Source of the DNA: Lama glama
Lineage: Eukaryota
Assembly: GCA_028534125.1 (NCBI GenBank)
Contig: CM052818.1
Coordinates: 34,226,001 to 34,290,000, forward strand
Reading direction: 5' to 3'
Length of the DNA: 64,000 nt
Part shown: positions 36,506 to 49,039 of the stretch, one piece after another
How positions within the stretch are numbered: the stretch's first letter is position 1
How the letters are laid out: each line of letters starts with the position of its first letter
Notes under the pieces: model-generated
Told to the model about the DNA's origin: nothing
What the model saw: the letters and a program-made list of their open reading frames with translations, nothing else
Databases searched by the model: none
Made by a program: the position numbers and the translations under genes

Positions 36506-37954
36506 CACGTTAGACAGAACTGAACATTATAATCAAATCATCAAGTAACAACTGGGCCTTAAAATAAATATCACCTCCTTGAAAAACTTCTGGCTATATT
36601 CCACATTCCCATTTTTTTTAACCCAGAACTTTGATCATCCAGCTGTTTTGTCTATGCAAATGGAAGAATTCAGACCACGTATCTGTCCTCCCAGGAAGAA
36701 ATGGGGAAAAAATGCCAGCTAGTTAAATGCTACTAAAAAGAAATAAATCAGAAGTACGGAATTCTGGAGCTGCATAGATTCATGAGTCTACCGTGCCTCT
36801 CCCTCCAGCCCTGGACTTTACCAACAGTGACCTTGAATAGAAGGGAACCAGTCCAGGGCTAATGGGGTGGTGTTACACTGCAAACATTAGGAATCTTAAG
36901 AATTTTACAATTTACTCAGGGAAGCAAAAATGCCTTCCACGGCAAGATGGTGGATTTACTCAAGTGTACACCGCTTGTATACCCCAGTTTCCTGGTTCTG
37001 TGGCATGGATTCCTCATGTTCCTGAACTAGTGGAGGGTCAGAGCTAAGGAGATGCACAGGCTAGGGAAAGAGGGGCTTCTGGGTGGGGAAGGACCACGCT
37101 TTAAGCCCGGAGTGCAGTCTTTCGCGAGAAAGCCTCATGTTTAAAATAGTAACAGTTCTTGCTATCTGCTCTCCAACAACTGTCTTGCTGGTTAGCAGTA
37201 AATTTCCCGCACCGCCCACCCTCCTTCCTTTATTACTGCCGTTAAGCAGTTCCTGTGCAGAAGTGCACAGAGCATCTTGTCGAGCGGACACTCAAGGCTA
37301 GCGCAGCTCTGCTTCTCATTCACGAAATGCACACACCTCACACTCCTAGAAGGTGCACACTATTCGTCCTGCCAAGGAAATGCCAACCCCAACATTGTGT
37401 TTGGAATTGCCTGCTTCTGTCATCACCTTCCACAGCTCCCGTGCCTGCAGGGAGGTGTGAGACGAGGGGGGCTGGCACAGTCTGTCCGGCACAGCTGCCT
37501 CCTGCCAGCAGCTCAGCTGGTGGATGCTGGATGACTTCAGTACTCGGCACAGACACACGAGCCAGAATGGTGCACAGGGGACACTTCTTACATAAAGACC
37601 TTAAAACCAACTTGATAGGTATTGGTTTAAGCCGTGTTTTCCTCTTAACAGGATTGGTTTAAGACTCACATTTCTTTTGGCAGAATCCACAGACAAATGT
37701 GTGATTTTACAGACAATTGGTCACTGTGATATCCAGGAATATGCAAGCCCTACATAGTTGAGAAGGGTTTGTGGCATTTAAGCCAACCCTAAAACAATCT
37801 GGGGTGGCAGCTGGAGGGGAGGTGAAGCCGTTCAGGTCACAGGGCACAGGCTAAATGGCATGGCCTTTCCCTTGTTCCATGCAGATAACATTTGCTAAAG
37901 GATCAAGATATGTCAAGGGTTTGGAAAAGAAAACAAAACCATGCAGCTATTTTT

Positions 37955-38058
37955 CTTCTTTTTGTTATTGTTTTTATTTTTCAGTGGAGGTACCAGGGAT
38001 TGAACCCAGGACCTCATGTGTGCTAAGATGCACTGTACCACCGAGCTATACCCACCCC
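37955..38058 (-). mobile_element. vic-1-type SINE, short form
   Basis: T-rich tail then ggaggtaccagggattgaacccaggacctcatgtgtgctaagatgcactgtaccaccgagctatacccacccc; degenerate TSD ctatttttcttct / ctgttttacttct. Confidence 0.88.
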
Positions 38059-41000
38059 TGTTTTACTTCTTCTGACAGCACATAGGGAAGAGAAACAGAA
38101 TAATGGGAGAGCCATCCCTGGAGGGGGTGGGGTGTTTGTGCTTAGAGACTCCTGGGATGATTCTGGAAAGGGATGCTCTTGGAGTTAAAAAATGAGAACA
38201 AATTAAAGGTTCAACAAAAACCAAAGAATACAAAACCAAAAAGGAAGTCTGAGGTGAGTAGGAAACAGCCAAGCATTTAATAAATTTAATTTTAAAAAAG
38301 TAAATTTCTTTCTAAATAGTAAAGCACTGAACAATTCTTAACTAATATTAAAACACATTATAATTTTATAACTTATTCTTAATTGGCTTTATCAACTCTT
38401 GAGGAGATTTTAAATAATATTTATAACCTACATATAAGGTATAAAGAATAATGACACAAACACCTGTGAACTCAGCATTGCTATTACTGTTCAAGCCCCG
38501 GCACTTGCTTTGTCCCAACCTCCAACTCCCTCCTCAGAGTTAAATGCTCCCCTAGTCAATTTGTATGAACTAATGACTAATAACAATTGAGTGACAAGAA
38601 AAAAAAAGGGACAAGCTCACAGCTGTTCCTGTTCTATGACCACCTCTCCGCCCCTCCCGTAGTCCCACTTCACCTGCCCTCAGACTGATTTCTTCTCCAC
38701 CTACTTCTCTGCTTGCTGAGGCAAGCAGGAATCTGGAAACTCTACCTGGATTCCTCTCCAACTAGGCTGTGTCAGCATCCAGGAGGGCTGGCATGAGTGG
38801 TGGGCCTGATTCTGTTCACCTGTGACTTTGTGTAAAACGTTTTGAGAGATTCTGGATACCAACCGCGGGAAGAGGAACTGGGGAAGGTGTAGGGTAGGTC
38901 CTCCATCTCTCATCTGGGGCTCTCCAAGGACTAGTGGGGACCTGGAGGCCAAGGACCTGGACAGGAAGAAGGGATAGTAAGGCCGAGGGGTAGCACATGG
39001 AGGGCAGAGGCTAGGGAGGCTGTGGCCGATGTTACACTCACCCTGAGACACACACGGATCCTTCATCTGGTTACAATACACTATTTCTGCACCTAACTGG
39101 CCAGCCAGGAAGCCTCTAACGTCCCAGGGGCCCTGCTTCCATTAACCCAGGGCTTGGGCAGAATCGAGACTGTGGGTGGAGGTGAGGGCTGGCCCAGGGT
39201 GTTTGTAATTGGGGACCATCTGTTCAAGACCATGAAGCATCTGCATCTGGAATACTGCCACCATCTTTGTCACCACATGGTAGAGAAGGTAGAATGGGAC
39301 CAGGGAGGTCAGGAAAGGGCAAGACTACAGGTGAGAGCCCAGCGCCGGGGCAGCCTCTGCAAGCAGTAGGAGGAAAGGGAGGCAAACACGCCCAAGTCTG
39401 TCGATGTGATGGGTGTGAATATGGTGAGCGAGGAAGAGCTTGCTCCTGAGAGAGCATAAAATACAGGCTCAGGACCAGGATGCTGCCACACGTGAAGGGG
39501 TGGACCTGGCTTCTGGGAAGGTATATATACATCCAACAGAGGTGAGTCCTTAACAGGCTAAGATCAAGTAAGTGGTTTTAATCCCACGGGTTCATCTGGC
39601 CTGGCCTGGCCCAGCAGGGCTGGGCTCACCGACCATGTGTTGTCAACGCATAGGAGGGCAAAAGCGAAATTCCAAAGGATTAGCCATGAGAGGGTGGTAA
39701 GAAATGGAGCTGTGGGCCACTTGTTGGACAAGATTAGTGACGAGAGAAATCAGGCAGTTGTTAGAAGGCAGGGCTGAGCGTGCGTGAGAGCATGTGTGTT
39801 GCTGACCCAGGACCGGCTTCTCTGTGTGCTTCACACGTGTGCGCGTGTGTGAGTAGCCCAGCCTGGCACGCACAGTCTTTGGCATCTGGGCAACAGCCTA
39901 GCTCCTTTTGGGTGCCTACTTACTCACTGAGCTCAGGAGGATTTTCATTTGAGGTTCGGGGAGGCCGAGCACCAGCAAACACCAGTAAGTATGCATTAAA
40001 TCCCCCTTCCACGAGCCGAGCTGCTCCAGGGCCCTGGAGGAAGGGCAGAGGAAGGTGGCCATACATTGGAGATGAGGGTTCCTGTCTCCCAAAGGAGGCT
40101 TTAGACCGAGAACACCAGACTTGTTGTGACCAGTAGAATCAGCATCACCACAACCCTCCCTGCTCTGGCCGACCCGCTAGCAGATTCGTTAGCCCTGCTG
40201 GGCTGTCCATGCTCTCGCCAGCTGTCTCCAGGCTCCAGAAATAATTCCATCAGCTCCCTTGGAAGGACAGCAGCTGCAGCTCAGAGGTCTCCAGCGGCCC
40301 ACAGAGTGGCTGCTTCCTAGAACGCCAGCCAAGGGGCGGAGGGGCCAGCGCTGCTGCCAGAACAGCGGGACAAGTGTTCTTCTCACTGAGACCTCCGTTC
40401 TCAGGCCAGGGTGGGGACAGCCACCAGCAGGGGGAAAGAACGCGTTTTCCCAACTATAAAAGCATCACAAACCTGGGCTACCTGGTAAAGTCTAGATTTG
40501 GAATAGAAATTGAGCAGGAAAATAAAACTTCCACATTTTTTCTCTTTTAAACAGAAAATGAGTATGAACCAACTACAGCCAAATATATCTCAAAAACAAG
40601 AACTGAGGGAAAGAAGCAAGATACGAAAGAGTAAGGTATGATTCCATTCGTGTAACATTTAAACCAGGCAAAAGTGAATGACTGCACTTCGGCAGTCTTC
40701 TGGATGTATCTCATAAAAAAGAACTGCAAGGCAGCAGAGAAAAATGATACGTCAAGTATTATTACAACCACATAAAAATATGTGCACAAAAACAGATCAG
40801 AAAAAAGTAAACAAGGTTTGTTATGGGGTGACTGTCCCACTTTAATGATTCAAACTTTCTATATGATAATAACTATATAGTGAAAAATAAACAAGATAAT
40901 TTAAAATAGATACTTTAATATTGTTTAAAAATTTTTGAAATAAGGTGAAAATCATTTCCTTTTCTTTTCAGGAAGTCTTGCCATCACCCCACCACCTTCT

Positions 41001-43364
41001 GGAAGATTTCCTAAAAGGCCTGGGCTTTAGGACAAACCAATCTCCGCCTTTATTTCGACTCTTAAATAGATTTCAGAAGAACACAAACATTTTTCCTCTG
41101 TGATGTAAGACTCATTTAAAGAGGTACCAGATATTTCATCTTTGGCTTAAAAATGTGCTTCCAGCCCCTCTCCCCAAATGCAGTGCTTTTATCTGCTATT
41201 GACTTTACACCAATAATCAGTGACACCCTCCCCTCCTGTGCTGGCTTCTGCTCGCTGCCTTCTCATGGATCTGACTCACCTTCATCACTGAGGCAGACAT
41301 ATTTTACCCCGATCCAGAATTTCCAGAGCCTGAGAAGCCACTCTCATCAGCACTTGTGGACCTATATGACTAACAGAACCTAACTTTGGGGACACGGGCA
41401 GCAAGGCGGGTGAGCCACTCTGAGCTTGTCGTCTCCTCGCTGGAGACAGACTCACCTGGGTGAGCCAGCCGGGCACATGCAGGAAGCATCGTGTCCACCA
41501 GGAGTGGGAGGTCAAAGGGCACACGTAGGAGGCTTACAGAAAGGACTAGGGGTGAAAATGACCAACTCCCCTTTGACTGGGCAGCGATGCCACCTCCCCT
41601 GAGTGTGTCTGCAGTTCACAGACCTGTTTAAGAGCAGCGAACAGGCTTGAGTGGGACACAAAGGAGGCAAGTGGGGTGTGAGGAGATGGAGTGGGCAAAG
41701 CCACAATCACCAAACTTGGCTTTGTCTTTCTAGTTGTGTGACTGTGGGCATGTCCTTCACTGCTCCAAGCCCATGTTCACAGCTGTAAAGTGGCCATCAG
41801 CACCACCCACACCACATCATCGCTGTTGAGCTATTTTTGTGTCAGGCTCACACACAGTTTCATATAAATCTTACAACAACCCTATGAGGTAAGTAAACAT
41901 GATCATCCCCACTTTATGGCTGAGGAAACTATGGGTTGGGACTCATACTTATTAGACTGGAGCTCCTTGAGAGCAAAGCCTATACCTCATTTTATCCTTC
42001 CAAGGGCTTGGCAAGCACAGTGGAGTCATTAAATGCGGTGAAGGGAAGCAGGAGGACCGATCATATGAGACAGTGGTGGGAAAGGATTTTTTGTGTACCA
42101 AGTGTCAGCCACAGTAGTGGGCTGTTAGCAAGGGCAAGGAAAGCATCTCAAAAGAGAGTTCTGTGCTGGTGGTGAGGGTGTTTGGTGCAAGCCTGAGGCA
42201 GAGGAACAAAGCAGGCATTCTTTGGGATGAAAAAAAGACAAGCGGCAGAAGTTGGCAAGGATGGGCTGGGAATGGCAAGGCAACGAACTGCCTTGGGGCC
42301 AAGAGGTTAGGCTGGGCTGAGGAAGCAGCTTGGAGAGCCAGGGTATAGAGTCAAGGAGTGCAGAGCAAGAGGCTCAGGCTTCTGAATGAGATACGAGGGG
42401 TCCGGGATGCTCTGGATCACACAGAGCAGGATACTGAGTGTGATTTGGGGATGGGACACGATCTGGGGGCTGTTCTGCTCACTTCTATACCTGGCACAGC
42501 TTGAGTGGAGGCTGGGAGAGCAGTGATTGAAATAATGAAGACAGTAGGTTACTTAGGTGGTGCCCAAGGGTTAGAAAAGGAAGTTGCAGAGCTGAGAAAG
42601 GACTGACTGCTGGGAGGGTCTCTGGAGGGAAAGAAAAACAGCCTGGGGATGACTGTGAGATGGCAGCACTAGTAAACAGGGCGAGCAGAGAGCTGTGGAC
42701 AGATGGAGACCAGCTGTCAGGGCATGCCTGTGCTTTGTGGAAGTGCAATAATAAAAGCTGACTTCAGCTTCTCTCTCTAGGAATCCCTTAGATCAGTCAA
42801 AAGATGGCAACTGACCCAATCGCCCAAGGTAAGGAGGTGGAGGAGGCCAGAATGTTAACATTTACTGAGCACTACTGTGTGTCAGGGACTGTGAAGGTCC
42901 TTAACACATCGCAGTGAATTGAAACAACCTCACAATTTCCCTTGGAGGTGATGGGCTCTCTCCACTTGACAGATGATGACTGGGGGTGCTGTCTAGCCAA
43001 AGTCACACAGCTTCATGGAAAGGAATAGGAATAAGGGTAATTCTAAACACCAAATAATGTCAGAATCAAAAAAAGTCTGGACTCTGCTAATGGGCTAACA
43101 TTGTGATTTACTCATGTGCTGAACATTTAGGAGGCACTTCAAACAAAATACTGTACTCAACTGTCCGTTCAATTTTCTAAATCTGTATCTGATCCTCTTT
43201 GCTCTAAAACCACTGCCTCAGGCCAGGCCCTTATCAGCTACCTGGACAAGGACATCACTATTACCTGGATACTTCTGATTGGTCTCCTGGCCTCCACACT
43301 GTTAGTGCATTGAGCTTGCTAAGATGCAAATCAGATCACAGGGGTAGGTTAGCACCTACTAAAT

Positions 43365-43800
43365 GGTAATGTACTAAGTGCCAGATGCTGCTCCAGCCTC
43401 CCTCTCCCCACATCCCAGAAGCTCACAAGTTTATGGTAGAAAGAAATGCATCAACAAAATTTTCAATCTGAGTTAAGAGGCTAGCTGTGTCAGTACCAGA
43501 AGAGGTGGGAAGCACTTCACATTGACTGGGATAAAGGACTGCTTCTCAGAAAAAGTGACTTTGAGGCGAGTCTTAATGGTTGCTTAGGAGTTCACCAGGT
43601 GGTGGGGAGAAGACAAGCCTGGGCATTCCAGATGCAAACAGAGCAGTGCATTCGGGATGGTTGATATATTTGATGAATGAGGCTGGAGAGCAGGCAGGGC
43701 CCAGATCGTCTGAGGCCCGTCAGGAGATGCCAAGAGCATGAGCTTAGGTGCTGAGTGCAGCAGGAAGGCCTCCTGATGTGGCAAGCGAGGAAGTAACATC
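43365..43800 (-). mobile_element. L2 LINE 3' fragment
   Basis: atgtactaagtgccagatgctg...cagaagctcacaagtt...gcttctcagaaaaagtgactttgagg...ggcattccagatgcaaacagagcagtgca. Confidence 0.6.
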
Positions 43801-43804
43801 ATTA

Positions 43805-44670
43805 GATTCCCACTTCACATGAAAAATAAAAGTATAAAGTACTAGCGGAAAGCATAGAAGAGATGTTGATACATTTTGGATGGGTTAAGCTTTTCTTAGC
43901 ATAATCCAAAAGACAGAAACCATAAAGCAAAAAACTGACATAGTTATGATGAAAATAACAATGAAAAACTAATGCAGCAAAAGATACCACATATAACTTT
44001 TAATAAAGACAAATAACAACTGGTTATGACATGTTTGCAGCATATAACCAAGGATACCTGTAATATGTAAGAGCACTTATAAATCTTAAGAGAAAGACAA
44101 ATACTCCAATACAAAAAATTGGCAAAGGATATAAACAGGTAACCCACGGGGGTGGGGAGAACACAGATAGCTAATAAGCAAATGAAACGAGGTTCGACTT
44201 TATTAATAATCAAAGAAATGTGAATTAAGACAATGAAATTACGTTTTTCACTTATCCTCATGGCACAGATAAAAGAGAGCAATGTCCGGATGCACTGGCC
44301 CTCATACACTGTTAGCAGTTCAGACTGGTACTACCTTCCTGGAAGGGAATCCGGACATCTGAAACTTAATGTGCATTCTACATCTAAAAACTTCTTCTAA
44401 GGAAATCATCAGACCACTGCACAAAATGTATTATGTAGGTATTTTGTTGCATTGTTATTTATAATAGCAAATAATTTGAGAACAAGCCAAAGGCCTGTCA
44501 GTAGAACTGTTTAAATAAATAATGGCATTTTCACACAATACAAGGCTATGCAGTCATTGGAAAGGATCATGCAGGTCTCTAAGTACTGACACAGGAGGTT
44601 ATCTATGATTCAGCGCTAAGTGATCTATGATATGGCGCTAAGTGAAGAAAGTAGGTTACAGAACAGGACC
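43805..44670 (+). mobile_element. Old L1ME-like LINE-1 fragment
   Basis: ttggcaaaggatataaacagg, cagatagctaataagcaaatgaaacga, ttaataatcaaagaaatgtgaattaagacaatg, gcattgttatttataatagcaaa. Confidence 0.75.
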
Positions 44671-46017
44671 CATGGTACGTGTATCTACTTGTGTATTTAT
44701 ATTTAAATGAGATTTCATATATATATGAATATGAAATATCATTTATACATGAATCTCACTTATACATATTCAAATATATGTAAATAAGCTCACATACAAA
44801 TGAGCTTTTGGCATAACACTATTAAGTGCAGTTGTCCCAGAGAAAGGAGATTGCAGCACGACTCAATCTCTCTGCATTATTTGATTAGAAACATATTTTT
44901 ATAATAAACCAGCCGTGGCATTGATGATAGTCCTGGTTAAGGGGGCAGTAGCACCAGAGTAGACTCTGAGGAAGTCCATGCCAGGGCAGCCAACTCACTA
45001 GCAAGTGAACATCTCCTGTACATGTATTCAGCTACCATTCATCTGTACACCTTATGGCCTATGGGATTGCTCTGCTCTGATGTCTTACTGGCCCTTCAAA
45101 CTCATCACATCTAAAACTAAGCTCATCACACTCTGTCTCCATCTGGCTCCTCTTCCAGTGTCCCCAATCTCAGTGAAAGACACCCCACACCCCACTCTGG
45201 GACCAAGCCAGCACCAGGGGCATCCTCTTCAGTGAGGAGAGCAAATGACAGGGTCACCTCCACGGGCAATAGTGAGTGGCCCCTTCTTCCACTCCATTCA
45301 CCTGGGCCGCAGACAAGACAGCGTCTTTTCAAATGGCTGCAAAATAGGAGATGAACACCTTCTCTGACTCAGCCCACATGGCTGCCTGTCTTCCTTGAAT
45401 GACTAGTTGGAGAGAGGGAGCAATTGATTGTACAGGGTTCAAAAGGCTTTTCCTGGTTGAATATGAAAAAAGGGAGATACCTTCATTCACTTAAACAAAA
45501 AGAGGTAATGAGCCTTTCCTTCAGCCCTTGCTGGGCTATGGAGCACCTGCTGAGTAACTGCCAACAAAAGGGATGAATAAGTCTACATCTCTCAAAAGCA
45601 AGTAAATGGGAATAATGGGAAGTCTAGTTGTCTGCCCATTTAATTCATCCTGAATGCCAGCATTTCCTCTTATTCTTGTTCACCTGCTCCTACTAGATGA
45701 CAGACACCCAATTACTTTTATAAACCCTCTCTTTCCCAGAAGGGCTGGTCAGATTCCCTAGGTTCCCAGTCCTGGCAGTCTCCTCCCCTGTCCCTGTAGA
45801 GGCCAAGGGCTAATCTCTGAAGGCAAGTCTAAAGACTAGAGTCCAACATGCTGAGACTCCCCATTAGGGCATATGGCACTGGACAAGCCCAGACTGTGTG
45901 CATCTCTTCTGCTGCTGAGGACCAGACAGACTCCAGACTCCACATCAGGCATCTGATGACCTGTACCCAAGTCCTGCTTGGTAAAGGGCCCACTATCTTA
46001 TTCCAGGTAGGCTGAAT

Positions 46018-47095
46018 TGTCATTTCTCCAAAGAAGATATACAGATGGCCAATAAGCACATGAAAAGATGCTCAACATCATTCAGCAATCAGGGGAACAC
46101 AAATCAAAACTACAATGTACTAACCACTCCACACCCACCAGGACAGTTGTCATTTTAAAGATAGATAATAACAAGTGTTGGTGAAGATGTGCAGAGAAAG
46201 TGGAACCCTCATATACTGCTACTGAAAATGAAAAATGATGCAGCTGCTTTAGAAGGCAGTCTGGCAATTCCTCAAAAGGTTACAGAATTACCATATGACC
46301 CAGAAATTCCACTGTTAAGTATAAACCCAAGAGAAATGAAAACATATAATCACACAAAAACTAACACAAGAATGTTCATAGAAGCATAATTTATATTAGC
46401 CAAAAAGTGGAAACAATCCAAACTTCCATCAAGGTGAATGGATAAACAAATGTGGCCTATCCATGCAATGGAATATTATTCAGCAATAAAAAGGGAAGAG
46501 GTATTGATTCATGCTACAAGATAGATTAATCTTGAAAACATCAGGCTAAGTGAAAGAAGCCAGTCATGACGGAGTATACATGGGAACCATTATAACTTAT
46601 GGGCCATACAAAAATAGGCAGTGAGGCTGGATTTGAGCTGCCGGCCATCATTTGCACACCTGATCTATAGCTGTAGTAGGGTTTCTTAGTCCTGGCACAA
46701 CTAAAATTTGGGGCAAGTTAATTCTTTGTTGTAGGGACTATCCTGTGCATTGTGGGATACTTAGCAGTATTCTTGGCCTCACTTGCATAGTTGTGGCAAC
46801 CAAAAATGTCTCCAGACATTACCTTATGTCCCCTGAGGGGCAAATTCTCCCTAGTAGAGAAATAGTGACCTACAGTGATAACAGATTACTAGCTGGGGAG
46901 GGTGGGAGGAGGGGGAGGGGAATGAATAGAAAGAGGCACAAGGGAACTTTTGGGGGGAAGAGAAATATTCCATCTTTTGATCGTCCTAGTGATTACTCAA
47001 GGGTATAAATATGTCAAAACTCTTAAATGAACCTTGAAAATGGTTGTGTCTATTGTATGTAAATTACACCTCAGCAAATTTGACCTAAAAGCAAC
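46018..47095 (+). mobile_element. L1MB/MC-like LINE-1 3' region interrupted by MER58 and MER20 pieces
   Basis: catttctccaaagaagatatacagatggccaataagcacatgaaaagatgctcaacatca ... ccatatgacccagaaattccact ... ctaagtgaaagaagccagtca; L1 end tattgtatgtaaattacacctcagcaaa. Confidence 0.85.
46676..46868. mobile_element. MER20 DNA transposon (preceded by a MER58-like end at about 46600-46662)
   Basis: aattctttgttgtagggactatcctgtgcattgtgggatacttagcag ... caaccaaaaatgtctccagacatt ... atgtcccctgaggggcaaatt. Confidence 0.8.
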
Positions 47096-48609
47096 AAAAC
47101 TCCATTAAAAAGAGGACAGCTAAAGAGAAATCAGAAAAAGAAGAGCTATAATTCAGTAGGAATTACATTTAATGCTAAACTTCCCAGCAGTTCAGTCAAA
47201 GGGGGAAATGGTTTGGGATGGAGGGGGAAAACTCTTCTCGTTGGATAAACGGAGGCACTGATTCACCCACCAGGGAAGGCATTTTGAATCCCAAATAATT
47301 CCTTGCTCCCCTCTATCCAATTGAACATTCAAAAGGTTTCAGTCAGAATGTTGCAGAAAAAGCAGGTCTGCTCTCTCTGTAGATAATTCTAGAAGGAATT
47401 TATTGGATTACTCTTTAAAGGAAACAAGAAACATGGATATATTTGACTGCAGTTTTGCAGAAGGTGCAGAAATATTTTCCCAAGGGCCATTTTTAATATA
47501 GAGCAAACATCAATAAAAGGCTGAGGAAATACTATTAAATTTTAACTTAGTGATGACATTTCTGTGGAGGTTAAAGTGATATAGTCCAATTATAAATTTA
47601 CATCTGGTGCTCTAACCTACACTATAAAGAGAATGCAAATGTGTCTTGCACACCCTTTCACTGGTAAGGCGAGGATGGTGTCTAAGTTATCGCTCCTGTA
47701 GTTAGGTTGCCCCAAATCCAGCCATTGCCTAAGCCAAAGTCATGCTCTCCATCCCCTCTGTCCTCAGCTTGGTGTTCCAAAATTGAGGATCGCTACAGGT
47801 GATTTTAGGAGGCACAGTATTCCCCGTATACCTCATCAGAAAGTAGAGCATTCTTATGAAACCTTTCTAAGCAAAATGGCATAAAGCAAAGAAGCAGTTA
47901 TGTGAGGTGACATCTTGCTAACGGATGCACAAAATAAATCCCGATGAAACAGAGATGCTCACAGACACAGTTCAAAGCAATGGCAGGTGTGATGCTGAAT
48001 GTGGTTCCTGGGGAAGGAGCCTGGCGGCGCCATGTGAGGCTTGAGACACATGCCGCCTCTATAAAGGGTCTCAGCAAAACGAAAGCTGAACACTGTTTTC
48101 GTCTTTTGCCTTTTTTCCTAAACATGAAAATCCTTTTTCGGTTAGCAAAAACAGGTACTCATGTAAGTATTTCATAAAAGCAAAGCAGCCATAAAGTGAG
48201 CTTTCAAAGCTAGGGACACTTGTACACATCTTGGGATATAAACGACCTTGAATCGTGAGCGAGGAGGTGGTTTCTTTCTCAGTTCGCTTTCTCAGCTTCT
48301 GATTACATCACGGAAAACCTCTCAGGTGGTGCGTGTGTCTTTTCTAATACCTCGCACTTGCTAATTTCCCTTTTTTAACAAAGGAAAGAGCAAAGTCTAG
48401 TTTGTTATTGGAATTTAATAACATAGGTTGGCTTCCAATACATTTGTTTTTCTAGTTATTTATTTATGGCAAATATTTCTATTTATGGTATTGATAAATT
48501 TTTTCTTTTTCAAAAGGCAAAGCTACTTAAAGAAAAAGATGATATTGTAAAATGAAAATCGGAAAGAGGGTATATAAAAATGACTCAGTTGGAGAGGCAA
48601 ACGCTCGAT

Positions 48610-48790
48610 CAGGGGTCTCCAAACTTTTTCTGTAAAAGACCAGAGAGTAAATATTTTAAACACTGTGGGCCACCTTCAGGCTCTGTCACATCTCTTTTCT
48701 TTTAAGTAATCCCTTAAAATTGTAAACACCACTCTAAGCTACCAGGCTGGACAGAAGCCCTACTGGTGGTTTCTCCCCTCTGACCCAGGG
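48610..48790. mobile_element. MER58A-like DNA transposon followed by a MER3/MER33-like fragment (to about 48880)
   Basis: caggggtctccaaactttttctgtaaaagaccagagagtaaatatttt...gtgggcca; then gctgtgctgtccaat...agtagccatgtgtggctactgagcacttgaaatgtg. Confidence 0.72.
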
Positions 48791-49039
48791 TCTAGGAGCT
48801 GTGCTGTCCAATGAGGTAACCAGTAGCCATGTGTGGCTACTGAGCACTTGAAATGTGACACCTGAAACTGAGGAACTCAGTGGCTAAGGCACTATACAGT
48901 GCAGCTCCAGCCAATGATTAAGGAAATGTCTATTTTATACCAGGCTTAGAAGAAACGGCCATGGAGAGGTAACTCCCTCTCAACCTTCTTTTGACTTCCT
49001 CTGCCTCTGCAGTTCATCAAGAGTTGTCAATAAATTACA

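Noticed and set aside
40683..40697. tgcacttcggcagt resembling the U6 5' end
   Set aside because: The match is only about 10 nt and no further U6 sequence follows; this is chance.
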